Shown in pieces: positions 15,940-23,928 of a DNA stretch of 50,133 bases. A model generated the notes under the pieces. That model saw only the letters and a list, made by a program, of their open reading frames with translations, did not search any database and was not told the origin of the DNA. Each line of letters begins with the position of its first letter. Position 1 is the stretch's first letter. Source of the stretch: a virus; IMG/VR virus record IMGVR_UViG_3300045988_134114, positions 1 to 50,133 of that record. The stretch is one strand, 5' to 3'. The translations under genes were made by a program, and so were the position numbers.

Positions 15940-16860
15940 ATGGCAACAACAAAGGGCGGACTGGCTGCCACGAGAAAAAATGGTGCGGAAACGTCACCAA
16001 AGAAAAATATGCAGGATTTAATCTTATCAATGAAGCCGCAAATTGAGGCCGCGCTTCCTTCAGTGCTGACCGGCGAGCGGTTCAGTCGGATGGTTTTATC
16101 GGCAATGAGCACGACACCAGCATTGGTACAATGCTCACCGAAAAGCTTTCTTGCTGCTATGATGCAAGCGGCGCAGCTAGGGGTAGAGCCAAATACGCCG
16201 CTCGGGCAGGCGTACCTTATTCCGTATAAAAATAAGGGGGTTCTGGAGTGCCAGTTTCAATTAGGCTATAAGGGTTTGATTGATTTGGCCTATCGTAGCG
16301 GACAAGTCAAGGATATTCAGGCTCATGAAGTGTATGAAAACGACGAATTTGAATACGAATTAGGGCTTGAAGCAAAACTCCGGCACAAACCGGCCATGAA
16401 AGACCGCGGAGCCGTTGTCGCCTATTATGCCGTATTTCACACCAAAGACGGCGGCTATGGATTTGAGGTCATGAGTGTTGATGATGTCAGGAAGCATGCC
16501 AAGAAGTACAGCCAGAGCTTCAGCAGCTCTTACAGCCCATGGTCGCGTAATTTTGATGAAATGGCCAAGAAGACGGTACTAAAGAAGTGCCTGAAGTACG
16601 CGCCGCTTAAAACAGAATTTGTCCGTGCTATGAATACAGACGGCACTATCAAATCGACATTGGCTAAAGATATGGTTGATGTGCAGGATGAAACGGACTA
16701 CATCGATACCGAAGCCGAACCCGTTCAAGAATCGACAGAACCGGCGAAGAATCAATCCGCGAAAGATACTCCGGCCGTCGATATGACGACCGGCGAAGTA
16801 TTACAAGAACAGCCGATGAGTGAGGATGATCAGATTCTGGCGGATTCGCTGAATATTTAA
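15940..16860 (+). CDS. recT: RecT single-strand annealing recombinase
   Basis: Motifs SFLAAMMQAAQLGVEPNTPLGQAYLIPY and QFQLGYKGLIDLAYRSG. Confidence 0.85.
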   Translation: MATTKGGLAATRKNGAETSPKKNMQDLILSMKPQIEAALPSVLTGERFSRMVLSAMSTTPALVQCSPKSFLAAMMQAAQLGVEPNTPLGQAYLIPYKNKGVLECQFQLGYKGLIDLAYRSGQVKDIQAHEVYENDEFEYELGLEAKLRHKPAMKDRGAVVAYYAVFHTKDGGYGFEVMSVDDVRKHAKKYSQSFSSSYSPWSRNFDEMAKKTVLKKCLKYAPLKTEFVRAMNTDGTIKSTLAKDMVDVQDETDYIDTEAEPVQESTEPAKNQSAKDTPAVDMTTGEVLQEQPMSEDDQILADSLNI

Positions 16861-16932
16861 ATCATTCATAACCAGCCGCCGGAAGGAATAAGCCTTCCGG
16901 CACTGGCAGTATTGGGAAAAGGAGAGAATTAT

Positions 16933-17526
16933 ATGACAGATAAGGAACTTTTTGAAGGAATTGCATTACAGTCTATCACACGAGAGGGAATTAAGGATTT
17001 GATGATATGGCTAAGAACTGAGACGGATTTCTATACGGCCCCTGCCAGTACTCGCTTTCATGGCTCGTATGAGGGCGGACTTATATCGCATAGCATCAAT
17101 GTATGGAAACGGCTTCATAAGTTATGCAGCACATACAATTATTCGGGGATTAATGAATCTGTTGTCATCGTGTCACTGTTTCATGACCTGTGCAAGGCCA
17201 ATTTTTACGGTGTTGAAATGCGAAACCGGAAGAATGACGAAACGGGCCGCTGGGAAAAGGTTCCCTTTTACACGATTCAGGATCAATTCCCAGCAGGTCA
17301 CGGCGAAAAGTCGGTCATGCTGATCCAGCGGTTCATGCAGCTGACAGACGAAGAAATCATGGCCATCAACTGGCATATGGGATTTTCTGACGCCCGAGCG
17401 CAGGGCTACGCCGGTATGAATGCCGTGAGCGCTGCCTTTGAAGAGTATCCGCTGGCCCTGCTGCTGCACTTTGCAGACATGCAGGCAACCTATTGGGATG
17501 AAAAAACAAATCCAGAGGAGGAATAA
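16933..17526 (+). CDS. HD-domain phosphohydrolase
   Basis: ATG at 16933 after AAAGGAGAG. Motifs STRFHGSYEGGLISHS, SLFHDLCKA, GHGEKS. Confidence 0.65.
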   Translation: MTDKELFEGIALQSITREGIKDLMIWLRTETDFYTAPASTRFHGSYEGGLISHSINVWKRLHKLCSTYNYSGINESVVIVSLFHDLCKANFYGVEMRNRKNDETGRWEKVPFYTIQDQFPAGHGEKSVMLIQRFMQLTDEEIMAINWHMGFSDARAQGYAGMNAVSAAFEEYPLALLLHFADMQATYWDEKTNPEEE

Positions 17527-17529
17527 ATC

Positions 17530-18135
17530 ATGATGGAAGAAATGCAAAGCATCGATATTAAGAGCATAAAATATTCTAAATCAGGACAAAAGCTGATTAT
17601 TAATTTTGACAAGAATGTGAATGGCAACCTTGTGGAATACCAAGCAACCTATACAGAAGAACCGCGACCGGAGTTTGTCCGCGCTTTTTCGGATTTAGCT
17701 GGCGATGTTCTCGATATTCTTGATTTTTCGAAAATTGAGGGAATGATTGACCGAATCCATCCGTATGGGCTAACGATACGGCGCCAAAAGAGCGACGGCG
17801 CGTTACGGGCGATCATTACGGCTAAATTGGACGTACCGCAGTACAACACCTGCATTGCTATTAATACGCCCATTTTGACGGAAATGACTTCGGATAATAA
17901 AGGAGAAAGCGGTAGCTATTTCAACGCAGCAACCGTCAAAAAGATCCAGAACGTATTGAATGAAACTTATTTGTATATTACCGGCAAGCGGGCCCAGATG
18001 AGCCTGTTTGAGGAAGACGATGACCTTTCTGGCGGCGCTGACGAAATAGTTCCGGCTTCCGGCGTGCATACGGAAACGGCACGCAGCGAACGGATCGCGG
18101 CCGCCTCTACAGAAAATAAAGCGGTTTTTAATTAA
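17530..18135 (+). CDS. Hypothetical protein
   Basis: ORF track. Confidence 0.5.
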   Translation: MMEEMQSIDIKSIKYSKSGQKLIINFDKNVNGNLVEYQATYTEEPRPEFVRAFSDLAGDVLDILDFSKIEGMIDRIHPYGLTIRRQKSDGALRAIITAKLDVPQYNTCIAINTPILTEMTSDNKGESGSYFNAATVKKIQNVLNETYLYITGKRAQMSLFEEDDDLSGGADEIVPASGVHTETARSERIAAASTENKAVFN

Positions 18136-18153
18136 TTTAGCGGAGCTCAGCCT

Positions 18154-18996
18154 ATGCGATACATTGATGAAATCAACTCGTTTCATGATTGGCTGATGAC
18201 GAACCCCACCCTTTCAGCGTCGGCGCGGATCTTATGGTTCGCGTTGATGCATTATTGCAATAAAACCGGCTGGAAACGGGAATTTAATGTAGCTATATCC
18301 GCGCTGGAAATGGATACAGGGCTGAGTAGAAGATCCGTCATAAGAGCTCGGGACGAACTGCAACAATTGGGCCGGATTATTATTCGACAACGAAAGGGAA
18401 ACCAATCCGCAACTTATAAAATTGTTTCCTTTGCGTGCCAGACAGGCACACAATGCGGCACGCAATCTGTCACACAATCTGACACACAAGACCCTAAAAA
18501 CGAAATTGCGTGCCAGACAGACACACAATTTGGCACACAATGTGGCACGCATCCTGGCACTATACCTAGACTAAGACAGAGACATAGACAAGAGAATATT
18601 CTGGGTAGTATAAACACACACTCAGGAGAGAGTATGAGAGAGGGGGAGGTTGTGAAGAACCCGACCAAAGCCTCGGACAAAAAATTTAAGCCGCCTACTG
18701 TCGAAGAAGTCAGGGCATATTGTCAGGAAAGAGCCAACGGTATTGATGCAGAAGAATTTTGCGATTTTTACGAAAGCAAAGGATGGTTTGTCGGCAAAAA
18801 CAAAATGAAAGACTGGAAAGCCTGCGTACGGACGTGGGAACGCAATCGCAAGACCAGAATGGGGCAGAGACAAGAACGCTATCCCAAAACATCCAATGGA
18901 AAGCAGCAGGCTATTTCTGCCGTACAGAATTTAATGGCACGATACGAACAGGAGGCGCAAGAATATGACGAGGAAGAAGACCATGACGGAGATTAA
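18154..18996 (+). CDS. Replication organiser / DnaD-like initiator (wHTH N-terminus, iteron-encoding middle, conserved C-terminal domain)
   Basis: Motifs SASARILWFALMHYCNKTGW, LSRRSVIRARDELQQLGRI, PTVEEVRAYCQERANGIDAEEFCDFYESKGWFVGKNKMKDWKACVRTW. Confidence 0.65.
   Translation: MRYIDEINSFHDWLMTNPTLSASARILWFALMHYCNKTGWKREFNVAISALEMDTGLSRRSVIRARDELQQLGRIIIRQRKGNQSATYKIVSFACQTGTQCGTQSVTQSDTQDPKNEIACQTDTQFGTQCGTHPGTIPRLRQRHRQENILGSINTHSGESMREGEVVKNPTKASDKKFKPPTVEEVRAYCQERANGIDAEEFCDFYESKGWFVGKNKMKDWKACVRTWERNRKTRMGQRQERYPKTSNGKQQAISAVQNLMARYEQEAQEYDEEEDHDGD
18431..18560. repeat. Iteron cluster inside the replication gene (candidate origin)
   Basis: 15-mer TTGCGTGCCAGACAG at 18431 and 18506. About seven copies of CAC(A/G)CAAT-like units at 11-13 bp spacing. 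Confidence 0.6.
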
Positions 18997-19567
18997 GACC
19001 TTGAAGGCATTGGCCTTCTTGCAATTGGCCTATACCAGGGATTTGAGCGAGAATCAGCTTGATTTTTATGTAGAAATGTTACGCGACATCGACCCGGCTA
19101 TCTTGGAAACGGCCGTCCGCAAGCTCATTCATACCTCTAAATTCTTGCCGACCATCGCAGAAATACGCAGCGCAGCGGCCGCATTGGAAGGGCTGGCCTG
19201 CGGTACGGCAGAGCTGGACGCTGACGAGGCATGGGGACAGGTGCAGCGGGCCATACATAGCGTCGGCTACTATGCCCGGCCGGAGTTTGACAGCGAGGCG
19301 CTCATGGAAACCGTCGACAGCTTAGGATGGCAGGAGATCTGCATGACGCCCGTCGAAGATACGCCGATCCTGCGGGCCCAATTCCGTCGGGCCTATGAAC
19401 AGAATTTAGCCCGCCGGGCCGAGAAAAAGAACTTTCGACAGGCCATTATACAGGGCGGAAACCAGAAGAAAATTGCCGGGGCCGTGCGGATGCTGAAAGA
19501 AAAAATGAACATGAACCAGCCGGGCGGTACCCCGCCGCCCCGGCTGACAGGGGGGAACGCTCCATGA
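18965..19567 (+). CDS. G39P-like helicase-loader candidate
   Basis: Position after the initiator. Motif ...LDFYVEMLRDIDPAILETAVRKLIHTSKFLPTIAEIRS. RBS AGGAGG. Confidence 0.4.
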   Translation: MTRKKTMTEIKTLKALAFLQLAYTRDLSENQLDFYVEMLRDIDPAILETAVRKLIHTSKFLPTIAEIRSAAAALEGLACGTAELDADEAWGQVQRAIHSVGYYARPEFDSEALMETVDSLGWQEICMTPVEDTPILRAQFRRAYEQNLARRAEKKNFRQAIIQGGNQKKIAGAVRMLKEKMNMNQPGGTPPPRLTGGNAP

Positions 19568-19767
19568 ACAAGAGAAATCATGAGCACTATAAAGACCCGA
19601 CGCCGTACGGCGCTATAAAGAAATTGCAGGCCGAGGCCGACGCGGCGGACGCCCAGCGAATGGACGACGCCCTTCGTATTGCAAAAATGGCCTTCGCAGC
19701 GGCGGGGTTTGAACTGGTGGAACGTATCATCCTGAAGAACATCAGGACAGGGAAGGTGTACAAATAG
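19564..19767 (+). CDS. Hypothetical small protein
   Basis: ORF track. ATGA coupling. Confidence 0.45.
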   Translation: MNKRNHEHYKDPTPYGAIKKLQAEADAADAQRMDDALRIAKMAFAAAGFELVERIILKNIRTGKVYK

Positions 19768-19769
19768 TT

Positions 19770-20150
19770 ATGAATGAGAGAGAACAAAAAAAGTTGCTTC
19801 AAGAAAAAAGAAACATCATTAAACGGATGATGCTCGAATTTGAGCGCTGGGAATATATCAGAGCTCATGGCTGCAATGATCCGTTTTATGCGGACGGCAT
19901 AAACATGAATCTTGTGCGGAACCATATCATTTCCTATAAACGCCAGTTGCTGGAAATATGCGAAACGCTGAATGAGCCTGTGCCGGAAGAATACTACAAC
20001 CAGACCCCGCCGAAAGTGGAAAACAACTATATGTGCAAGGACGGGGAAATGTTTGAGATAAGGCGCCAGCGTGTGGAAGCATGGGGACAAAAAGTAGTGA
20101 CGAAGCTTTCAAGAAAATTCAGTCTATCAGGCCAGACAGAGCTATTTTGA
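19770..20150 (+). CDS. Hypothetical protein
   Basis: ORF track. Confidence 0.5.
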   Translation: MNEREQKKLLQEKRNIIKRMMLEFERWEYIRAHGCNDPFYADGINMNLVRNHIISYKRQLLEICETLNEPVPEEYYNQTPPKVENNYMCKDGEMFEIRRQRVEAWGQKVVTKLSRKFSLSGQTELF

Positions 20151-20191
20151 ACATCTTGCGGGTATCCGCAAAATGAAGGGAGAGAATTACA

Positions 20192-20641
20192 ATGGGCAAA
20201 CTTTGGAAAAAGACCTGTGCGATTTGCGGGAACGGCTTCGAGGTCTACGGATCGTCGTACGCTCAAAAATACTGCAATACGTGCAGGGACAAGTATTTCA
20301 AGTTTTTAGACGAGTGGGCAAAGGCAGGATACCCCATCAAAACGCATTGCGTCATTTGCGGAGCTCCGCTGCCGAAGCGAACCCGCGGCGCCGGACTAAA
20401 GAAAGCGAGCTGTGACGGAGAGTGTTACAAGCTGCTGACAACCTTATACCAGCAAAATGCCAGAATCAAGAGGGAGGATCTAATGGCTCCGCGGTACAGT
20501 ACGAGGACAAAGAAAGAGCCCGTCAAACGGCGAAAGCCGGGGCAGATGAGCCGCCTTGGCGAGCTGGAAGCGGCTGCGCGGGCTGCCGGGATGAGTTACG
20601 GCGAGTATATAGCAACACAACGGGGAGGGATGAAGCAATGA
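20192..20641 (+). CDS. Zinc-ribbon protein (several CxxC pairs) with a basic tail
   Basis: Motifs CAICG...CNTC and CVICG...CDGEC. Confidence 0.5.
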   Translation: MGKLWKKTCAICGNGFEVYGSSYAQKYCNTCRDKYFKFLDEWAKAGYPIKTHCVICGAPLPKRTRGAGLKKASCDGECYKLLTTLYQQNARIKREDLMAPRYSTRTKKEPVKRRKPGQMSRLGELEAAARAAGMSYGEYIATQRGGMKQ

Positions 20642-21171
20642 AGTTAACAGAACCGATAAATCCATTCAAAATGATGCGAGTTGATCCATACGAGCAAATG
20701 GAAATGCATCTTAAAGCGCTATCGACATTTTGTCATGCTGGAGCGGATTGTCGCGAATGCCCATTAGGCCAAACAACACGCTTAAAAGTGCATAGTAATC
20801 CGAGATACAGCTGTCCGGTGTTTGTTTACCCCTCATCCGAGAAGACTAAGAAGAAAATAAGAGGGTGGCATTTGCTTCCGGGGGAACTCCCGAAAACAAA
20901 TAAAGATGGAATCAGCCGGGAAGTTATTATTATCGTGCGCCATATTGTGGATCCAGAAGAAGAATACCCAAGATGGGATAGCAATTTTTGCGGAATATAT
21001 TTAGCAACTTACTATGATTCCCAAATATGGACGACGGAAACGACGGAGTTTTCGATGAAAGACGTTGTTGCTTGGATGGATTTGCCAGAGGCCCCATGGT
21101 ACATAGAGGAGATGCTCAATAGATATGGGATGAGTTTAAATGAGGAGGACGAAACCAATGAAACCGATTGA
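20638..21171 (+). CDS. DUF551-like protein
   Basis: Start at the ATGA overlap (M73 of ORF 20422..21171) after GGGAGGG. C-terminal motif VVAWMDLPEAPW. Confidence 0.5.
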   Translation: MKLTEPINPFKMMRVDPYEQMEMHLKALSTFCHAGADCRECPLGQTTRLKVHSNPRYSCPVFVYPSSEKTKKKIRGWHLLPGELPKTNKDGISREVIIIVRHIVDPEEEYPRWDSNFCGIYLATYYDSQIWTTETTEFSMKDVVAWMDLPEAPWYIEEMLNRYGMSLNEEDETNETD

Positions 21172-21192
21172 GCAATGGAGGGGTAAAGAAAA

Positions 21193-21660
21193 ATGAGTGC
21201 TATATGGGAGCAGGTCAACGGCAAAACCATCGTCAAAATGACGGTCTTCGGCGAGCCCGTCCCGCAGGGGCGGCCCCGCTTTTCGACCATCAACGGTCAT
21301 GTGCAGGCCATTGACCCGAAGAAGTCGAGAAACTACAAGCAGCTGATCCAGCTGGAGGCACAGCCGTTATTTTATAGAGGATTTACGGCGATAGAATCGG
21401 CCAGCCGGTTAAAGCTCCACATCTTCCGGAGCATACCCCAGTCATGGAGCAAGAAAAAGAAAGAGGCTGCCCTGGGGAATATCCTTCGGCCGACGAGCAG
21501 GCCCGATACGGATAACTACGTCAAGGGCGTTCTCGATGCATTGAACGGCTTCGTTGTCAAGGATGACAGCTGTATAGTACATATTGAGGCCGGAAAGTTT
21601 TACAGCGACCGGCCGCGGATTGAAATTGAAGTGGAGGAGATAAGTGATGAAATGGATTAG
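21193..21660 (+). CDS. rusA: RusA Holliday-junction resolvase
   Basis: Motifs GEPVPQGRPRF and RPDTDNYVKGVLDALNGFVVKDDSCIV. Confidence 0.85.
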   Translation: MSAIWEQVNGKTIVKMTVFGEPVPQGRPRFSTINGHVQAIDPKKSRNYKQLIQLEAQPLFYRGFTAIESASRLKLHIFRSIPQSWSKKKKEAALGNILRPTSRPDTDNYVKGVLDALNGFVVKDDSCIVHIEAGKFYSDRPRIEIEVEEISDEMD

Positions 21661-21907
21661 ACCGCAAGATGAATTGCCGGAACTAAAAAATCATGATGAA
21701 TTCGGAAATAGCTGTTCATACGACGTACTGATTTATGATGGCGCGTATCACATAGCCTATTTATACGCTGATGATGACCCGGAAGATATATTTTGGATTG
21801 TTTGGCCGGCAGCGGAAGAAATTGGAGTGGAGGACATAATTTGCTGGGCACCCATCCCGAAGCCGCCGAAGGAATGGCTGGACGATGAGGAAGAACCGCC
21901 GGCGTAG
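21644..21907 (+). CDS. DUF551-like protein
   Basis: Motifs WIRPQDELPE and ICWAPIPKPP. Confidence 0.5.
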   Translation: MMKWIRPQDELPELKNHDEFGNSCSYDVLIYDGAYHIAYLYADDDPEDIFWIVWPAAEEIGVEDIICWAPIPKPPKEWLDDEEEPPA

Positions 21908-22181
21908 GCCGAAGACATTTCCTTCATGGACGAAGCCGACACAAGAGAATACAGATCAGGGCCGACACTATCAAAAAAGCGCCCGGAGCCGCTGCGCATT
22001 TTGCGGGCGGCTTTTGGACGCTTACGAATGGCACTGGATGTATGATGAGTTTGGCCAACGCGTGAAGAAGTGCAACAACGAACAAATTTGCCACAGTCAG
22101 CGGCGGAAGACTGCTGAAGAAGCCTTCCGGGAAGCTCTGCGGCGGAATCATAAAGGGAAAGGACGTTGGAAAGAAACATGA
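21885..22181 (+). CDS. Hypothetical basic protein with Cys pairs
   Basis: ORF track. ATGA coupling to the next gene. Confidence 0.35.
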   Translation: MRKNRRRRPKTFPSWTKPTQENTDQGRHYQKSARSRCAFCGRLLDAYEWHWMYDEFGQRVKKCNNEQICHSQRRKTAEEAFREALRRNHKGKGRWKET

Positions 22182-22534
22182 AACCATATCATAACATGCT
22201 CAGAATTTATATTTCCCACCCATTTTCAGGGAATGAGAAAGAAAACCGCCGGCGGGCGAATAACATCGCCTGGGCACTGACAATGAAGTACCCAGACACA
22301 TTATTCATCAATCCGCTGGATGCCATGCGGCACGCCGAATATGCCGCACTCAGCTATGAACAGATATTGGAGCAGTGCAAGTGCCTTCTTTGCGCCTGTG
22401 ACGCCGTGTATATGGCCGGGGCATATCAATATAGCCGAGGATGCACCGAAGAGCGCAAAACGGCCATAACGGAAAGAATTCCGGTACTCACGAATGGGGA
22501 TGAACTAAAGCATTTTATCGAATCTCACCATTAG
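22178..22534 (+). CDS. DUF4406 / nucleoside 2-deoxyribosyltransferase-like protein
   Basis: Motifs RIYISHPFSGNEKEN, INPLD, CDAVYMAG..SRGC..E. Confidence 0.5.
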   Translation: MKPYHNMLRIYISHPFSGNEKENRRRANNIAWALTMKYPDTLFINPLDAMRHAEYAALSYEQILEQCKCLLCACDAVYMAGAYQYSRGCTEERKTAITERIPVLTNGDELKHFIESHH

Positions 22535-22578
22535 CCAGGGAAACAGATGTTGATTTGAAACATACGGAGGGGATAGCA

Positions 22579-23085
22579 ATGCATCACAATGATTATACGG
22601 TCGTCGTCCGGCAATATTTGGCGCGATATAACCGATTCAAGACCTACGTCGAAAATGTCAAGGCGGATATTGCCGACTACGAACAGCAGCTCGCAATGAC
22701 GGCCGCGCCCAAGGTTCCCGTATTATCCCCTTCCGGCGGAGGAGGCGGCGGTGAAGCTATGAGCCAAGAAGAACGGGAATACATGAAGAAGGAAGAAATC
22801 GAGGCGAAAATTCAGCGACTCAGGAAGGACATCGCAAAGATAGAACCCGTCCTAAATCGTTTGAGCCGGTCGCTGGAGGCGTTGAACGATACCGATAGGG
22901 ATATTGTGACACGGCGTATGATTTATAATGAATCGTGGCGAATGATTGCAAGCGACAACGCCGTGAGCGAAGGCTATTGCCGCCGTCGGCTGCCGAAGAT
23001 TATCGAAACGCTGGCGAGTATGATGTTTGGCCCTAAGGCTATGCCGGTACAAACGGAGCTCGTATTTTTGGAAGCGGACATTTAG
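22579..23085 (+). CDS. Late-gene transcriptional activator candidate (RinA/ArpU/sigma region-4-like)
   Basis: ATG at 22579 after GGAGGGG. Last gene before terS. C-terminal motif DRDIVTRRMIYNESWRMIASDNAVSEGYCRR. Confidence 0.45.
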   Translation: MHHNDYTVVVRQYLARYNRFKTYVENVKADIADYEQQLAMTAAPKVPVLSPSGGGGGGEAMSQEEREYMKKEEIEAKIQRLRKDIAKIEPVLNRLSRSLEALNDTDRDIVTRRMIYNESWRMIASDNAVSEGYCRRRLPKIIETLASMMFGPKAMPVQTELVFLEADI

Positions 23086-23153
23086 GCAGTAGTAAAAACG
23101 CATTTTAGTATTGAATTGTGGGTAATTTGTGAATAACTACGGATGAGCGGCGA

Positions 23154-23217
23154 TTTTCGACAGAAATCGGCAGATTTGTACGTTTTCGTGTCGTTTTTCG
23201 ACAGATTTGTACGTTTT
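23154..23217. repeat. Direct repeats upstream of tRNA/terS: TTTTCGACAGA x2 and CAGATTTGTACGTTTT x2 (23171-23186, 23202-23217)
   Basis: Exact 16-mers 31 bp apart. Confidence 0.7.
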
Positions 23218-23278
23218 TGTATCACTTTTCGGCAGGACGCGACGCAAAACTTGTGCTATACTAAGAGCGTAGAAATTT

Positions 23279-23375
23279 GGATGGTTGGCCGAGAGGCTTA
23301 AGGCATCAGTTTGCTAAATTGACTTACGCTGGGCGGCGCCCCGTAACGCAGGTTCGAATCCTGCACCATCCGCCA
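23279..23375 (+). tRNA. tRNA-Ser (anticodon GCU), type II with long variable arm, CCA encoded
   Basis: Hand fold. Acceptor GGATGGT/ACCATCC. D stem GCC/GGC. Anticodon stem TCAGT/ATTGA with loop TTGCTAA. 25-nt variable arm. T arm GCAGG-TTCGAAT-CCTGC. Discriminator G plus CCA. Confidence 0.8.
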
Positions 23376-23390
23376 AATTTAATAGTTATC

Positions 23391-23417
23391 AGCTCATCGA
23401 TACGATGGGCTTTTTTT
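23391..23417 (+). terminator. Intrinsic terminator after the tRNA
   Basis: AGCTCATCG-ATA-CGATGGGCT followed by T7. Confidence 0.65.
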
Positions 23418-23450
23418 ATTGCCTGAATTACACAGAAAGGAGGAATCGGC

Positions 23451-23852
23451 ATGGCAGCAAAAACAGGCAGACCGTTGACGGAAATTGATAAAAATGAATT
23501 TGAAAAGCTGTGCGGGCTTCAATGCACGCAGGAAGAAATTTGTTCATTCTTTGGAACGACACCCAAAACATTGCAACGGTGGTGCAGACGAACGTATGGG
23601 GCCGGTTTCTCCCAAGTTTTCGCGGAAAAGCGGCGGAATGGGAAAATTGCCTTGCGCCGTGCCCAGTTCCGGCTGGCACAAAAGAACGCGGCCATGGCTA
23701 TCTTCTTAGGCAAGCAATGGCTGGGGCAAAAGGACATGGATCGCGTCGAGGTCGGCGGCATCGTAGGGCAGCCCATCGAAACGGAAGAACAGGTTCATGT
23801 ACAAATCTATTTACCGGACAACAAGCGGGGCGATAGAGATGACGATACTTAG
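23451..23852 (+). CDS. terS: Terminase small subunit
   Basis: Motifs GRPLTEIDKNEFEKLCGLQCTQEEICSFFGTTPKTLQRWC and AMAIFLGKQWLGQKD. RBS AAAGGAGG. Confidence 0.8.
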   Translation: MAAKTGRPLTEIDKNEFEKLCGLQCTQEEICSFFGTTPKTLQRWCRRTYGAGFSQVFAEKRRNGKIALRRAQFRLAQKNAAMAIFLGKQWLGQKDMDRVEVGGIVGQPIETEEQVHVQIYLPDNKRGDRDDDT

Positions 23853-23913
23853 GCCGCAGCCAGGCCCTCAAGAAATATTCCTTTTGCAAAGGGCTACCGA
23901 TTTTTCTATGTAA
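23839..23913 (+). pseudogene. 24-codon stub of a second, diverged terL 5' end (MTILRPQPGPQEIFLLQRATDFSM*), overlapping the terS stop
   Basis: My translation in the terL frame. The peptide ILRPQPGPQE(I/L)FL is repeated at 23935-23973 with many synonymous differences. Confidence 0.6.
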
Positions 23914-23928
23914 CTGGGGGTGATTAAC

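Noticed and set aside
23279-23375. The phage tRNA as an amber suppressor for the terL TAG. The loop contains the string CTA, and the TAG is flanked by Ser codons
   Set aside because: The only fold with a 5-bp anticodon stem and a 7-nt loop (TTGCTAA) puts GCT at positions 34-36, with U33 and A37 in place. Reading CTA would need a non-canonical loop register.
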